This document shows, piece after piece, positions 1 to 10,191 of a stretch of DNA of 64,000 nt. Source of the stretch: an uncultured Acidobacteriota bacterium. GTDB taxonomy: Bacteria; Actinomycetota; Acidimicrobiia; Spongiisociales; ZC4RG35. The notes beneath the pieces were generated by a model. The model searched no databases and was not told the DNA's origin. It was given only the letters and a program-made list of their open reading frames with translations. Numbering within the stretch: position 1 is the stretch's first letter; the number at the start of each line of letters is the position of its first letter. The stretch lies in assembly GCA_963828465.1 (NCBI GenBank), contig CAWHEU010000002.1, positions 32,001 to 96,000 on the forward strand, read 5' to 3'. A program made the position numbers and the translations under genes.

Positions 1-154
1 GCCAGATTTTGTCGACGACTACCGGCGGCTCGACCCGCTCGTCAGGCGAGATCAGGGGCGGCGTGAACCGGTCGTAGAAGGACGACGAGTCGTGTGACTC
101 GCGCCTTCCCGAACCGAAGAGGGATGTGGCCGTAGCCGTCCGCCGCCGCGCCAT
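1..154 (-). CDS. Partial (5' end) site-specific DNA methyltransferase-like protein, runs off window edge
   Basis: Hand translation MARRRTATATSLFGSGRRESHDSSSFYDRFTPPLISPDERVEPPVVVDKIW resembles the N-terminus of actinobacterial N4/N6 DNA methylases; catalytic motifs would lie outside the window; alternative ATG at 196. Confidence 0.5.
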   Translation of the reverse strand, partial: MARRRTATATSLFGSGRRESHDSSSFYDRFTPPLISPDERVEPPVVVDKIW

Positions 155-192
155 AGACGGGGAAGTTACCTCCGCGCCTTCCGTGGATACCG

Positions 193-232
193 GCATACCG
201 GATTGCTCGCGGTATGCTTGCTATTGCAAGCA
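193..232. promoter_or_regulatory. Two overlapping inverted repeats between divergent genes (candidate operator)
   Basis: GCATACCG(193-200)/CGGTATGC(210-217) and TGCTTGC-TATT-GCAAGCA (215-232). Confidence 0.35.
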
Positions 233-240
233 CCAACCTC

Positions 241-828
241 ATGACCAGCAACCACACAGACCCGGTCGTCGTGCCAGTCACGCTGCGTGATGGGTCAATC
301 GCCGAAATACGACCGATCGGGCCTGCCGATCAGGAACTCCTCATCGAGGGTCTCCGACAGTTATCGCCCCAGAGCAAGTTCGCACGATTTGGCTCGGGGA
401 TCTCTGGTCTGAGCGCCTCCGAGCTCCGATACCTGACCGACGTGAACCAGGTGAGTCATGTCGCCTGGGGGGCCACCATCGACGATGAGCCGGCCGGTGT
501 TGGCCGCTACATCGTCGACCGCGCCGACGAGGCGGAGATCGCCATCACGGTCGTGGACAGATTTCAGCGCAGGGGGCTGGGACGCGCCTTGTTCGACGCT
601 CTAGCGGCGTCGGCGCGGGCCGCCGGGATCGAGTCGTTCCATTTCGCCATCGAGCCCTGGAATCGGACTGTGCTCCGCATGCTGCCCGGCATCGAAGTCG
701 GCCATGACGAGAGCGATGGGATGCTCACAGGGCGGATCGCGCTAGCCGAGATCCCCACCAGCGGGCAAGAGCAAGAGTTCGTCCACCTACTCGACCGGTG
801 CCGCCAGACCTGGCCTGAGTCGGGCTGA
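241..828 (+). CDS. GNAT family N-acetyltransferase
   Basis: VTLRDGS..IRPI, AEIAITVVDRFQRRGLGRAL acetyl-CoA motif; start 214 or 241. Confidence 0.85.
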   Translation: MTSNHTDPVVVPVTLRDGSIAEIRPIGPADQELLIEGLRQLSPQSKFARFGSGISGLSASELRYLTDVNQVSHVAWGATIDDEPAGVGRYIVDRADEAEIAITVVDRFQRRGLGRALFDALAASARAAGIESFHFAIEPWNRTVLRMLPGIEVGHDESDGMLTGRIALAEIPTSGQEQEFVHLLDRCRQTWPESG

Positions 829-829
829 A

Positions 830-1246
830 CTACTCCTCGGAGTCGAGCTCGAGCGCGGCCGAGTTGATGCAGTAGCGAAGGCCAGTCGGGTTGGGGCCGT
901 CATCGAACAGATGACCCAGATGCCCACCGCAGTTGGCGCATTTCACCTCGGTCCGGACCATCCCGTGGGAGACGTCACGCGACTCTTCGATCCGCTCCGG
1001 CTCCAGGGCCTGATAGAAGCTGGGCCAGCCCGATCGCGAGTCGTACTTGGTCTCACTCGAGAACAGCTCTTCGCCACAGCCGGCGCACCGGTATGTGCCG
1101 TCGGTCTTGGTGGCCCAGTACTTGCCGGTGAAGGCAGGCTCGGTACCCGCCTCCCGTAACACCTGGTACTGCTCCGGGGTGAGCTTGTCCCGCCACTCGG
1201 CGTTGCTCTGCGGCGTGCTCGACATGTGTTGTCTTTCTTCGCTCAT
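830..1246 (-). CDS. msrB: Peptide-methionine (R)-S-oxide reductase
   Basis: [16 protein letters not shown] Zn ligands, [22 protein letters not shown]. Confidence 0.97.
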   Translation of the reverse strand: MSEERQHMSSTPQSNAEWRDKLTPEQYQVLREAGTEPAFTGKYWATKTDGTYRCAGCGEELFSSETKYDSRSGWPSFYQALEPERIEESRDVSHGMVRTEVKCANCGGHLGHLFDDGPNPTGLRYCINSAALELDSEE

Positions 1247-1252
1247 GACAGA

Positions 1253-1281
1253 TTCAATCGTCGTCTAGGTGACAATGTTCC
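1253..1281 (-). promoter_or_regulatory. Possible SigR/SigH-type promoter for msrB
   Basis: GGAAC-N18-ATTGAA 6 nt upstream of ATG 1246; one mismatch to GGAAY-N18-GTT. Confidence 0.35.
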
Positions 1282-1729
1282 GGGCGTCGTCCAAATTCGT
1301 GATGAGCCGGTCGATGAACACGGTCTGCGCTTGGTTGAGCTTGACCCGGGCCTGATCGACGCTCATCCAGACGACCCGATCGATCTCCGGGAAGCTTCGA
1401 CCGCTGATCGTGATCATGTTGGAGGCGAGCGTCTCGGGGTCCAGATCAGCCTCGACGGCGTAAGCGACCACGATCTTGCGTGATTTGAGCGTGGTCTCAC
1501 CCAATTCGATCCAAGGCAGGGGTGGGGCGGGCCAGCCGGTCTCCTCCTCGAATTCCCGAGCCGCGGCCTCCTCATCGGTCTCGTCGGCCTCGACGATCCC
1601 TTTCACGATCGACCACCAGCCGTTGTCCCGGCGAGCGAAAAATGGCCCTCCGGGATGGGCCACCAGGAGACGTAACTCATCGTCCAAGCGATAGGGAAGA
1701 AGACCCGCGGATCTCAACCGGTCCAACAT
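1265..1729 (-). CDS. NUDIX hydrolase
   Basis: SAGLLPYR, HPGGPFF, KG..EADETDEEAAAREFEEETG Nudix box, FPEIDR; ATG at 1729. Confidence 0.9.
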   Translation of the reverse strand: MLDRLRSAGLLPYRLDDELRLLVAHPGGPFFARRDNGWWSIVKGIVEADETDEEAAAREFEEETGWPAPPLPWIELGETTLKSRKIVVAYAVEADLDPETLASNMITISGRSFPEIDRVVWMSVDQARVKLNQAQTVFIDRLITNLDDARNIVT

Positions 1730-1798
1730 TACGCTGGCTCGGTGACTGTGATTCAGGCCAGGGATCGCCTTGCCGACGCCCCTGCAGATGCCGTCGCG

Positions 1799-2779
1799 AT
1801 GACCCTGCCCACGTTCCGGTTGCACCCCGGTGAGCTACTCGGACCCGGTCTCAAGCGCCTTGGTGTCGAGGCTATCGATGAGGCGATCTCGAGTCTTCTA
1901 CGACGGTGACGTCCATGTTCGGGGAAGCGGTTCACATCGCCCGAAAGTCGACCAAGAAGGTGAGGTCGCTGCTCCGACTGGTCCGATTCGAGGTTGGAGA
2001 GCAGGTGTACCGCTTCGAGAACGAGTGGATGCGCGACACGTCTCGACTCCTCTCCGCAGTCCGCACCTCGGCGGTGCTGGTGCAACGCGGCGCAGGACAT
2101 CCGGGACATGTATGCGCCGCTGTTGGCGGACGGCACGTTCGACGAGGTCTTGGAGCGATTGGCCGTGAACCGCGATCGCATCGAGGAGCGTGTGATGGAG
2201 GATCCCGAGATCATCCCGCGTGTCGTCTCGAATCTGGAAAGGGCCAGGGGGAGATACGAATCATGGCCCGCCGACCCCGAGGCCCGGCCGGTTTACGGAA
2301 TCGGTCTCCGCAACGACTACCGCGCCATCGGGCCAGGTCTCAAGGCCATCCATGCCCGAGGACGACACCAGATGGTGGCGGCCTATCAACGGCCGAGCCC
2401 GGAGTCTTTCCATCGCTGGCGGAAGCGTGTGAGATACCTCGAGCGCCAGATGGAGATCCTCACCCCGTTATGGCCGGAGGTGATGCTCGGGATGGCGATG
2501 ACGCTGGATCGGGTCTCAGAGCTTCTCGGCCAGGACCACGATCTGGCCGAGTTGCTCCAAGCGCTGGCCGACCGGCCGGATCTGTGCCCCAACCCGCTCG
2601 AACGGGCGCTCATGACCGCCCTGGCCGAGCAGCGCCGCTCCGACCTCCAGACGGCAGCTCGGATCCTCGGCCGTCGAATGTATGCCGAGAGCCCAAGCGC
2701 GTTCACAGCCCGTTTAGGTGCCTACTGGGAGTCGATGGAGCTGGCCAGGAGCACCGAGCTGGTCTCTCTCCCCGCCTGA
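1799..2779 (+). CDS. CHAD domain protein (polyphosphate-binding), frameshifted near 1900 and 2085
   Basis: MTLPTFRLHPGE..., AVHIARKSTKKVRSLLRLVR, FHRWRKRVRYL, LGQDHDLAEL across three frames. Confidence 0.85.
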
Positions 2780-2818
2780 TCGAGCGATGTCCTGGGCTAT
2801 CTAGGGTTGGCGCTGGAT

Positions 2819-3562
2819 ATGAGCGACGCAGGCCGCGTCCGTCTGGAGCCGGGCTCGAAGCAGGTCCGGGTGATGCTCGGCGGCGAGGTCATTGCAGACA
2901 CCACCGCCCCTCTCCTGGTCTGGGAGGTCCCCTACTTCCCGACCTACTACTTCCCGCCCGGTGATGTCCGGACCGAGTTCCTCAGCCCGACCGGTGAGGT
3001 CAAGCGGTCCCCGAGCCGGGGTGATGCCACCCAATACGCGGTGGAGGTAGGCGACTCCTCGGGGGCGGCCTACGCATTCCACGATTCGAAGATCCCCGAG
3101 TGTGTTGATCACTACGTGTTCGTCTGGCGGACCATGGATCAATGGTTCGAGGAAGACGAGGAGGTCTTCGTTCACGCCCGGGACCCGTACACGCGTCTCG
3201 ACATCTTGCCGTCGAGTCGCCGGGTGCGGGTGGAGATCGACGGTGTCACCGTGGCCGATAGCACCGATGGGCATTTCCTCTATGAGACCGGTCTACCGGC
3301 GCGTTACTACCTGCCCAAATCGGATGTGAGGATGGATCTGCTCACCCCGACCGACCGTGTCACGGCTTGTCCCTACAAGGGCACGGCGCGTTACTGGTCG
3401 GCCACGGTCAATGGAACGACGTACGAGGACATCGTGTGGGGATACGACGACCCGTTTCCGGAGTCGGAGCGGATCGGCGGCCTCGTGTCCTTCTACAACG
3501 AGAAGATCAACATCTACCTCGATGAGGTACTTCAGGAGAGACCCAGCACCAAGTTCTCTTGA
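2819..3562 (+). CDS. Tandem DUF427 domain protein
   Basis: Two repeats; RDPYTRLDILPSSRRVRV, ETGLPARYYLP, CPYKGTARYWS. Confidence 0.9.
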   Translation: MSDAGRVRLEPGSKQVRVMLGGEVIADTTAPLLVWEVPYFPTYYFPPGDVRTEFLSPTGEVKRSPSRGDATQYAVEVGDSSGAAYAFHDSKIPECVDHYVFVWRTMDQWFEEDEEVFVHARDPYTRLDILPSSRRVRVEIDGVTVADSTDGHFLYETGLPARYYLPKSDVRMDLLTPTDRVTACPYKGTARYWSATVNGTTYEDIVWGYDDPFPESERIGGLVSFYNEKINIYLDEVLQERPSTKFS

Positions 3563-3573
3563 GAGAAATCGAC

Positions 3574-3603
3574 TTGCAGCGGTCGTAGTATCTCTGCTAT
3601 GTT
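3574..3603 (+). promoter_or_regulatory. Sigma70-type promoter with imperfect palindrome (candidate operator for the XRE regulator at 5416)
   Basis: TTGCAG-N18-TATGTT with GTAGTA-TCTC-TGCTAT at 3585-3600. Confidence 0.45.
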
Positions 3604-3637
3604 CCGTAACTCAGTCAGTACGGAAGGTCGCACGACC

Positions 3638-4568
3638 ATGACAGATCGTATCGGCAACACTGTGGTCGAAGTCCACGACCTGCGTATGCGTTATGGGTCC
3701 AACGACGTTCTCGACGGGGTCGGATTCGACATCAAGCGCGGTGAGGTCGGTGACCCTGCTCGGGCCCAACGGCGCCGGCAAGACCACGACCATCGAGATC
3801 CTGGAAGGCTTCAGACTCCGCTCCGACGGAGAGGTATCGGTCCTCGGGGTCGACCCCGCTCAGGCCGACGAAGACTGGAGGGCGCGGGTCGGAGTAGTGC
3901 TCCAGTCCTGGCGCGACCACCCCCGATGGACACCCCGGCTGCTGCTCCACTATCTGGGGCGTTATTACGAGCCCTACTCGACTCCCGAGCGAGAGCGTCC
4001 CTACGACGTCGACCAACTGATCAAGCTGGTCGGGATCGAGGAGCACGCCGACCAGAAGATCCGCACCCTCTCCGGTGGCGAGCGGCGTCGCCTCGACGTC
4101 GCGGTAGGGATCATCGGACGCCCCGAGCTTCTCTTCCTCGACGAGCCGACCGCAGGTTTCGACCCCCAGGCGCGGCGTGACTTCCACGACCTGATCCATC
4201 GCCTCACCGATCTCGAGGACACCACGGTCCTCCTCACCACCCATGACCTCGACGAGGCGGAGAAACTGGCCGACCGCATCCTGATCCTGGCCGCGGGTCG
4301 GATCGTGGCCGACGGGAGTGCCGACCAGCTGGCTCGGATGATGAACCGCGAGGCTCAGGTGCGTTGGACCCGTGATGGGGAGCAGTTCGTTCATGCCACC
4401 CCGGAGCCGACTGCTTTTGTCCGAGAACTGTTGGGCCAATACGAGGACATCTCCGACCTCGAGGTTCGCCGGGCCACGTTGGAGGACACCTACATCACCA
4501 TGGTTCAGCAGTACGAGTCGGGTGAGGTCGCGCCGGGAGCGACTGCCTTCGAGGAGGTCGGCCGATGA
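3638..4568 (+). CDS. ABC transporter ATP-binding protein (frameshift near 3750)
   Basis: GPNGAGKTT, LSGGE, LFLDEPT, TTH. Confidence 0.92.
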
Positions 4569-5419
4569 ATCCCACCACCAATGCGATCAGGTCAGGTTTC
4601 GCCCGCGGGTGGACGGAGTTCAAGTTGAGTCTGCAGAGCCCGCAAGACCAAGGCTTCTACGTGTTCATGTCCGTATTGGTCCTCGCCTACCTCTGGTTCA
4701 ATCGCAACACCGAGATCGAGGGGACCAACCTGTCGTATCCGACGGTGGTGCTGCCCAGCATGCTGGGGGCTCTCTTGGTCTTCAGCCTGATAATCGGCCC
4801 CGCCTATGCCCTGGCGATGGAGCGCGAGGACGGGACACTGCTCCGGGCCAAGGCCGTCCCCCACGGTGTCGTCGGCCACGTCACCGGGCACGTGGTCCTA
4901 AACGTCCTGAGCATCCTCCCCTCCTTTCTGATCATCCTGATACCCGCCGCGTTGCTCTTCGACGGGGTGATGCAGAACGGAGCCAAGGGATGGGCAACGG
5001 TGGCATGGGTCACCCTCCTCGGGCTTTGGGCAACGCTTCCTATCGGCATCATCATCGGGTCCCTCGCTCCCAGTGTCCAGAAGGTGGGCACGTGGGGCAT
5101 GTTCCCGGTGCTGGTCCTCGTCGGCATCTCCGGGATCTTCTTCCCGATCCAGGACTTGTGGGGTTGGGTTCAGACCGTGTCGCAGATCTTCCCGATGTAC
5201 TGGGTCGGGCTGGGGATGAGGTCGGCGTTCCTGCCCGAGGCCGCGGCGGCCCTCGAGATCGGGGGCTCGTGGCGAACCTTGGAAACGGTGCTCGTGCTCT
5301 CGACCTGGGCGGTGGTTGGCAGTCTCATCGCTCCCGTGGTGGTGCGCAGGATGGCCCGTCGTCAGTCGGGCTCCCAGGTGGAGGCAGCCAAGGAGCAGGC
5401 CGTTCAGTGGGTCAGATGA
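4565..5419 (+). CDS. ABC-2 type transporter permease
   Basis: Six hydrophobic segments, EREDGTL, ATGA overlap with ATPase. Confidence 0.9.
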   Translation: MNPTTNAIRSGFARGWTEFKLSLQSPQDQGFYVFMSVLVLAYLWFNRNTEIEGTNLSYPTVVLPSMLGALLVFSLIIGPAYALAMEREDGTLLRAKAVPHGVVGHVTGHVVLNVLSILPSFLIILIPAALLFDGVMQNGAKGWATVAWVTLLGLWATLPIGIIIGSLAPSVQKVGTWGMFPVLVLVGISGIFFPIQDLWGWVQTVSQIFPMYWVGLGMRSAFLPEAAAALEIGGSWRTLETVLVLSTWAVVGSLIAPVVVRRMARRQSGSQVEAAKEQAVQWVR

Positions 5420-5655
5420 CCGACACGGTGCACAACCGGATCGCCATGCTTCGGGCCGAGCGCGGAGTATCCCGCCGCGAGCTCAGCGAAGCGCTGGGGG
5501 TCCACTATCAGACGATCGGATACCTGGAACGGGGGGAATACAGCCCGAGCCTGTTCCTTGCGCTCAGAATCTCCGAGTATTTCGAGGTGCCAATCGAAGT
5601 GGTCTTCTCCACCGAGCCCTTCGCCCGGATCGGGAGCGAGACCGCCACCGGCTGA
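5416..5655 (+). CDS. XRE/Cro-C1 HTH transcriptional regulator
   Basis: MTDTVHNRIAMLRAERGVSRRELSEALGVHYQTIGYLERGEYSPSL; ATG overlaps permease stop. Confidence 0.92.
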   Translation: MTDTVHNRIAMLRAERGVSRRELSEALGVHYQTIGYLERGEYSPSLFLALRISEYFEVPIEVVFSTEPFARIGSETATG

Positions 5656-5665
5656 GGCTCTCGAT

Positions 5666-6013
5666 TCAGCTGCTCGGCTCGAGCTCTGTGAAGAGACGGA
5701 TGAGGTTTCCACCGGGGTCGGCGACAGCTGCAAAACGTATCGGGTCGAGGTCCTGCGGAGGCGTGATCCTTGTCACCGACTCCGGGAGGGATTGCCAGAA
5801 CTCGTCGACATCGTCGACCTCGAAGAAGCCGCTGGGCCCAGCGTCGGCGTCGGGCGTCACGTCCAGCATCAACAGCACTTCTGAGCCCGGGATTTGCATC
5901 GCGGCCGTGTCGTCGCCCATCCGCCACGCCTCATCCCAGCCGACAACGTCCCGATAGAACGCGACCGCTTGCTTCAAGTCCGACACCGGGTGATAGAGGT
6001 ATGTGAGTTTCAT
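5666..6013 (-). CDS. VOC/glyoxalase family protein
   Basis: PVSDLKQAVAFYRDVVG, FEVDDVD, DPGGNLIRL. Confidence 0.9.
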   Translation of the reverse strand: MKLTYLYHPVSDLKQAVAFYRDVVGWDEAWRMGDDTAAMQIPGSEVLLMLDVTPDADAGPSGFFEVDDVDEFWQSLPESVTRITPPQDLDPIRFAAVADPGGNLIRLFTELEPSS

Positions 6014-6065
6014 CGGGCGAGCATAAATCAGTTATGTCCAGCCGTCAACCGATTATGGTGATGGC

Positions 6066-6578
6066 ATGCCTTACCCCGTGCCCGTCCCTGGCTCTGCCCC
6101 GGCCCGGCTCATCGAGGCGGCCTTGCGACGTTTCGAATCCGAAGGCAGGGATGCGGTGAATGTCATCGACGTGGCACGAGATGCGGGAGTCACAACCGGA
6201 TCGCTGTATCACCATTTCGGGTCGAAGGAAGGTCTCTACGTGGTGATACGCGAGGAGATGGAACGACGCATGACGGAGCGCATGGAGGGGGCCGCGGCAG
6301 CTGTGGGATCCACAGGTAGGGGAGCGGTGGCCTCATCACTGTTGGTGGCCTTCGATGCAGCGCTTCGATTCGGAGTGGTCCGGATCCTCTCCGAGCCCGC
6401 ACTCGACCCGGATGCCGACGCCATCTCACTGGCCATCGTCCCCTTGCTGCCACCCGCGGGTGCAGGCGCTGCCCCGGCACTGGCAGGAGCATGGCGGGGA
6501 GCGCTAGGTGCGGTGGCCGAGGGTTCGACGACCGGATCAGCCAGGGACGGGTTGCGTTGGGTCCTGGGCGAGGCTTAG
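6066..6578 (+). CDS. TetR/AcrR family regulator
   Basis: DVARDAGVTTGSLYHHFGSKEGL; divergent from VOC; CATAA-N5-TTATG palindrome at 6022-6036. Confidence 0.9.
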   Translation: MPYPVPVPGSAPARLIEAALRRFESEGRDAVNVIDVARDAGVTTGSLYHHFGSKEGLYVVIREEMERRMTERMEGAAAAVGSTGRGAVASSLLVAFDAALRFGVVRILSEPALDPDADAISLAIVPLLPPAGAGAAPALAGAWRGALGAVAEGSTTGSARDGLRWVLGEA

Positions 6579-7635
6579 TCGGGCAGGATCAGGTGGCTGT
6601 CGCCGAATTCGTGCCAGAGGTACCCGTGCTCGAGGGCACTTCGATAGCTGTCGGCGAGGAGGCTCCGTCCGGCTACGGCCTCCAGCAGGTCGAGATGCGT
6701 CGACTCCGGCTCGTGCCATCCGGTGATGAGCCCGTCCACGACGCCGAGCTGTGGTCGGACCCGGATGACGAGATCGGTCCACGTCTGCCCGGGGTGCGAG
6801 ATGCCTCTCGAGTCCACAGTCGTCTCCAAGGCGCGAACCACGGTGGTGCCCACAGCGACCACCCGACCATTGTTTGCCCGGGTGTGATTGACCATCGCCG
6901 CCGTCGGTTCCGGGAATCGCGAACCATTCCGGATACGGCAGCTCACCCGCTTCGAGTGAGGAGACACCGGTGTGCAGGGTCACCGGGGCGACGGCGAGCC
7001 CGCCGTTGCCGCCAGCGCCGTCAGGAGGCGGTCGGTGAAGGGCCTTCCGGCACTGGGCATCTCGGCGGAGCCCGGGAACCCGGGAGAAGATCGTCTGGTA
7101 TGCATCCAGCGGATAGGGCCCATCGGTGTGCCGATAGCGAATGGGCCGACCCCAGGTCTCCAGATAATCGACAGGGGACGTCCGAGATCGGCGGTGGCTA
7201 CCCAGAGCCGGCGGCCCGGCGCATCCTCCGGGTAGGGGGTGAGCAGCTCGATCATCCCGCCTCCGGGGAGTGTCAGCATCCCGGCACGGGGGTCCTCGTG
7301 GGGGAGCGAGTTTGCCCCAGACAGGCTTCGCAACTCGACCACATGGAGACCTCCGGGGAGCACCGTCGAGAAGTGCACGACGAGATCGGCGTCGATGACT
7401 ACCGACGCCGGCAATGTGGCCGAGTTGTTGACCACGACCAGATCACCCGATCTCAGCTCGAGTGGCAAGATCGTGAAATGCACGATGCCGGATGCCGTCT
7501 GTGTCGGTCACCATGAGGCGGACCTGGTCACGATCGAATACCGCGGGTCTCGGGGGGTCTCGTTGCTTCCAATTCGGGTGGAACGGCGAATCCATCCAGG
7601 ATGTCCGCCGGTCGCAGGGCCGCCGGTGCCGTCAT
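6575..7635 (-). CDS. QueA-like SAM:tRNA ribosyltransferase-isomerase family protein (several frameshifts)
   Basis: GDLVVVNNSATLPA, PGSAEMPSAGRPFT, TLHTGVSS, VAVGTTVVRALET, GWHEPESTHL, YLWHEFGDSHL; ATG 7635 overlaps SDR stop. Confidence 0.85.
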
Positions 7636-8340
7636 CGTGCGGTCCTCTCGACCAGAAGGTCGCTTGCCTGGTATCGACCGCTGGGATGCCGCTCATCCAG
7701 GAGTTGGAGCAGCGCCGGGACCCTTGTCTCGGGTAGCGGCCGGTCCGAGATGTCCTCATCCGGGAAGGCCTCCTGGTGCATCCTCGTGTTCATGTCGCCG
7801 GGGTCGAGCCAGTAAATGGTGATGGCCGGTTCTTCGGCGGCGAGGACTTTGGAGAGTTGTTCCAGACCGGCCTTCGAGGCGCCGTACCCGCCCCATCCTT
7901 CGTAGCCCTCGATAGCGGCGTCGGATGTGACATTCACCACTGTCCCGCCGACTTCGCGAAGGTGTGGCAAGGAGAGCTGGATGAGCTGGAGGGGCGCCAG
8001 GAGATTGGTGGCGAAGACCTGCTCCAGGGTGTCGATGGGGTAGTCGGCCAGGTGCGGCTGCGGGCTGGGCCCGAGCATGCTGGCATTGTTGACCAGCAGC
8101 GAGAAGCTGCCGTCTTCGATCGCAGCAGCGACCAGACGAGCAGCGTGCTCTGGGTCGGTGACATCGCCGGTGATGGCGACGACCTTGCCTGATCCGGCAT
8201 CATCGATGGCGACCGAAGCCCGTTCGAGGTCAGATCCGTCCCGGGCGTCGATCACCAGGTTCCAGCCGGCAGCGTGCGAGCTCGATGGCCAGCGCGAGCC
8301 CAAACCCACGCGATGCGCCGGTGACGATGGCCGTGCTCAT
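7632..8340 (-). CDS. SDR family oxidoreductase (frameshift near 5' end)
   Basis: MSTAIVTGASRG from ATG 8340, LVNNAS, YGASK. Confidence 0.92.
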
Positions 8341-8374
8341 GTCCCAAAGTTACGAGTTGCCCCGCACCCGGGCA

Positions 8375-8413
8375 TCGGTCCCCGGCCCGATTCGCCCTAC
8401 GACTCGGGACCGA
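8375..8413. promoter_or_regulatory. Tandem 16-bp boxes upstream of SDR (candidate NarL-family regulator sites)
   Basis: TCGGTCCCCGGCCCGA (8375-8390) and TACGACTCGGGACCGA (8398-8413), 23-nt offset; -10 TAACTT 6 nt before ATG. Confidence 0.4.
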
Positions 8414-8419
8414 GAGCCC

Positions 8420-9064
8420 TCAGCTGTCGACCAACCCGCTCTTCACCGCGAAAAGGGCCGCCTGGGTGCGGTCGTCGAGACCGAGCTTGCGCAGGACGGC
8501 GGACACGTGGGTCTTGACCGTCTTCTCGGACACGAACAGCTCCTCGGCGAGCCGGGCATTGGACCACCCATGGCCGAGACCTGCCAGCACCTCCCGCTCC
8601 CGAGCGGTGAGATCGGATAGAGCTTCGTGGGGATCGCCTCCCGACACGAAGGCGGACAATGCCGCCGCCGCTTCCTGGGCGTACACGGTGCGGCCACTCG
8701 CCAACTCCCTGATTGCGTCGGCGAGCTGGTCGGGGTCGGTGTCCTTGAGCAGGTAGCCGTCGGCACCGGCCCGAATCGCCGGCACCACTTCGCGCCGGTC
8801 GGCGAAACCGGTCAGCACCAGGACCTTCACGTCCGGATTCCACTTTCTCATCTCCGGGATCAGCTCTGAACCTGAAGCATCGGGCAGGTGGAGATCGAGA
8901 AGGACCAGATCAGGCTCACCGGTCGCCAGCTCACGCATCGCCTCCTTGCCATCGGCGGCCTCGCCTACGACCTCCATACCCGGCTGGGTCTCGAGAAAGG
9001 CGCGGAGACCCTTGCGAACGACTGGGTGGTCGTCGACGATCATGACTCTGACCGTCTGGCTCAA
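8420..9064 (-). CDS. NarL/LuxR family response regulator
   Basis: VDDHPVVR, LVLLDLHLP, GYLLK, LTAREREVL..SEKTVKTHVS. Confidence 0.95.
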   Translation of the reverse strand: MSQTVRVMIVDDHPVVRKGLRAFLETQPGMEVVGEAADGKEAMRELATGEPDLVLLDLHLPDASGSELIPEMRKWNPDVKVLVLTGFADRREVVPAIRAGADGYLLKDTDPDQLADAIRELASGRTVYAQEAAAALSAFVSGGDPHEALSDLTAREREVLAGLGHGWSNARLAEELFVSEKTVKTHVSAVLRKLGLDDRTQAALFAVKSGLVDS

Positions 9065-10191
9065 CTCGGTACCTCCAGACGAACGGTGGCTCCCTCGTCG
9101 GGCGACGAGTCGATCGTCAGGCGGCCCCCGATGACCGAAGCGCGTTCCCGCATCGACGTGAGCCCCAATCGCCGCCCGCGGTTCATGCGGGTATCGGGCT
9201 CGAAACCCTGGCCGTCGTCACTGATTGTCACCGCGAGCCCGTTGCCGTTGGCGACCGTCACCGTGACCTTCGCCGCCCGGGAGTGCCGCACGGCGTTGGT
9301 CAGTGCCTCCTGGACGATTCGGAACACCTCATGCTCGGCCCTGCCCTCCAATCCTGGCTCACCATCGGCCACGACTTCGATCTCGATGTGATGTACCCGG
9401 CTCAGCAGATCCGCGAGGCTTCGTATCGCAGGGAGAAGGCCATCCCGGTCGACATCGGGAGTTCTCAGCCCTTCCACAACCGCCCGAAGCTCGGCCATCG
9501 CCTGCCTCGTGAGCGACGCGATCTCGTTCAGCTCCTGTGCCGCACGGTTGGGATCGGTGGCCAGGTGCCTCGAGGCGGCTTTGGCGGTGAGCGTCAGGCT
9601 GAACAGAGACTGGTTCAGAGCGTCGTGCAGCTCGCGAGCCAGCCGTTCACGCTCTTCTGACATGGCAAGTGTTCGCGAGTCCTCGAACATCCCGGCAGCC
9701 TCGATAGCGGCTGCGGCGTGAGACGCGAGAAGGGTGATACCGGTCTGGTCCTCATTGGTGAACTCGGCCGCTCCGATCTTGTCGGTCAGGTAGAAGGCCC
9801 CGATCACCTCATCCCCGCTCACGATCGGAACGCCGAGGAATGAGCTCATCAGGGGATGGGCACGCGGCCACCACCCGCGGAAGCGACTGTCTTTCTTGAT
9901 GTCGGGGAGACGAAGCGGCTCCGGGTCGTGAAGCATCGCATCGAGCATTCCGTGGGTTCGTGGCAGCGGACCCATCTCGGCGACCAGCTCGTCGCTCATA
10001 CCGACGTGGATGAAGGCGGAGAAGGCGTCTCCCTCCGGTTCGGGGATCCCGATTGCCGCGAAGGAGGCGCCCGAGATCTGTTTGGCGGTCTCCGCCAGCT
10101 TGGTGAGGACGTCCTTGAGGGATCTGCCCGGAGCTACCGCCTCTGTGATGGCAGCCAGGATCACCTCGGCGGTGCTCTGCGACGTCGTCAC
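9061..10191 (-). CDS. GAF-domain sensor histidine kinase (HisKA_3)
   Basis: GAF (SFLGVPI..GAFYLTDK), ERERLARELHD, QEALTNAVRH, DDGQGF, GLTSMRER; GTG at 10191. Confidence 0.92.
   Translation of the reverse strand: MTTSQSTAEVILAAITEAVAPGRSLKDVLTKLAETAKQISGASFAAIGIPEPEGDAFSAFIHVGMSDELVAEMGPLPRTHGMLDAMLHDPEPLRLPDIKKDSRFRGWWPRAHPLMSSFLGVPIVSGDEVIGAFYLTDKIGAAEFTNEDQTGITLLASHAAAAIEAAGMFEDSRTLAMSEERERLARELHDALNQSLFSLTLTAKAASRHLATDPNRAAQELNEIASLTRQAMAELRAVVEGLRTPDVDRDGLLPAIRSLADLLSRVHHIEIEVVADGEPGLEGRAEHEVFRIVQEALTNAVRHSRAAKVTVTVANGNGLAVTISDDGQGFEPDTRMNRGRRLGLTSMRERASVIGGRLTIDSSPDEGATVRLEVPS

Noticed and set aside
4372-5655. 427-aa ORF ending in an HTH
   Set aside because: Only 5416-5655 is protein-like; the rest is an alternate frame of the ABC genes
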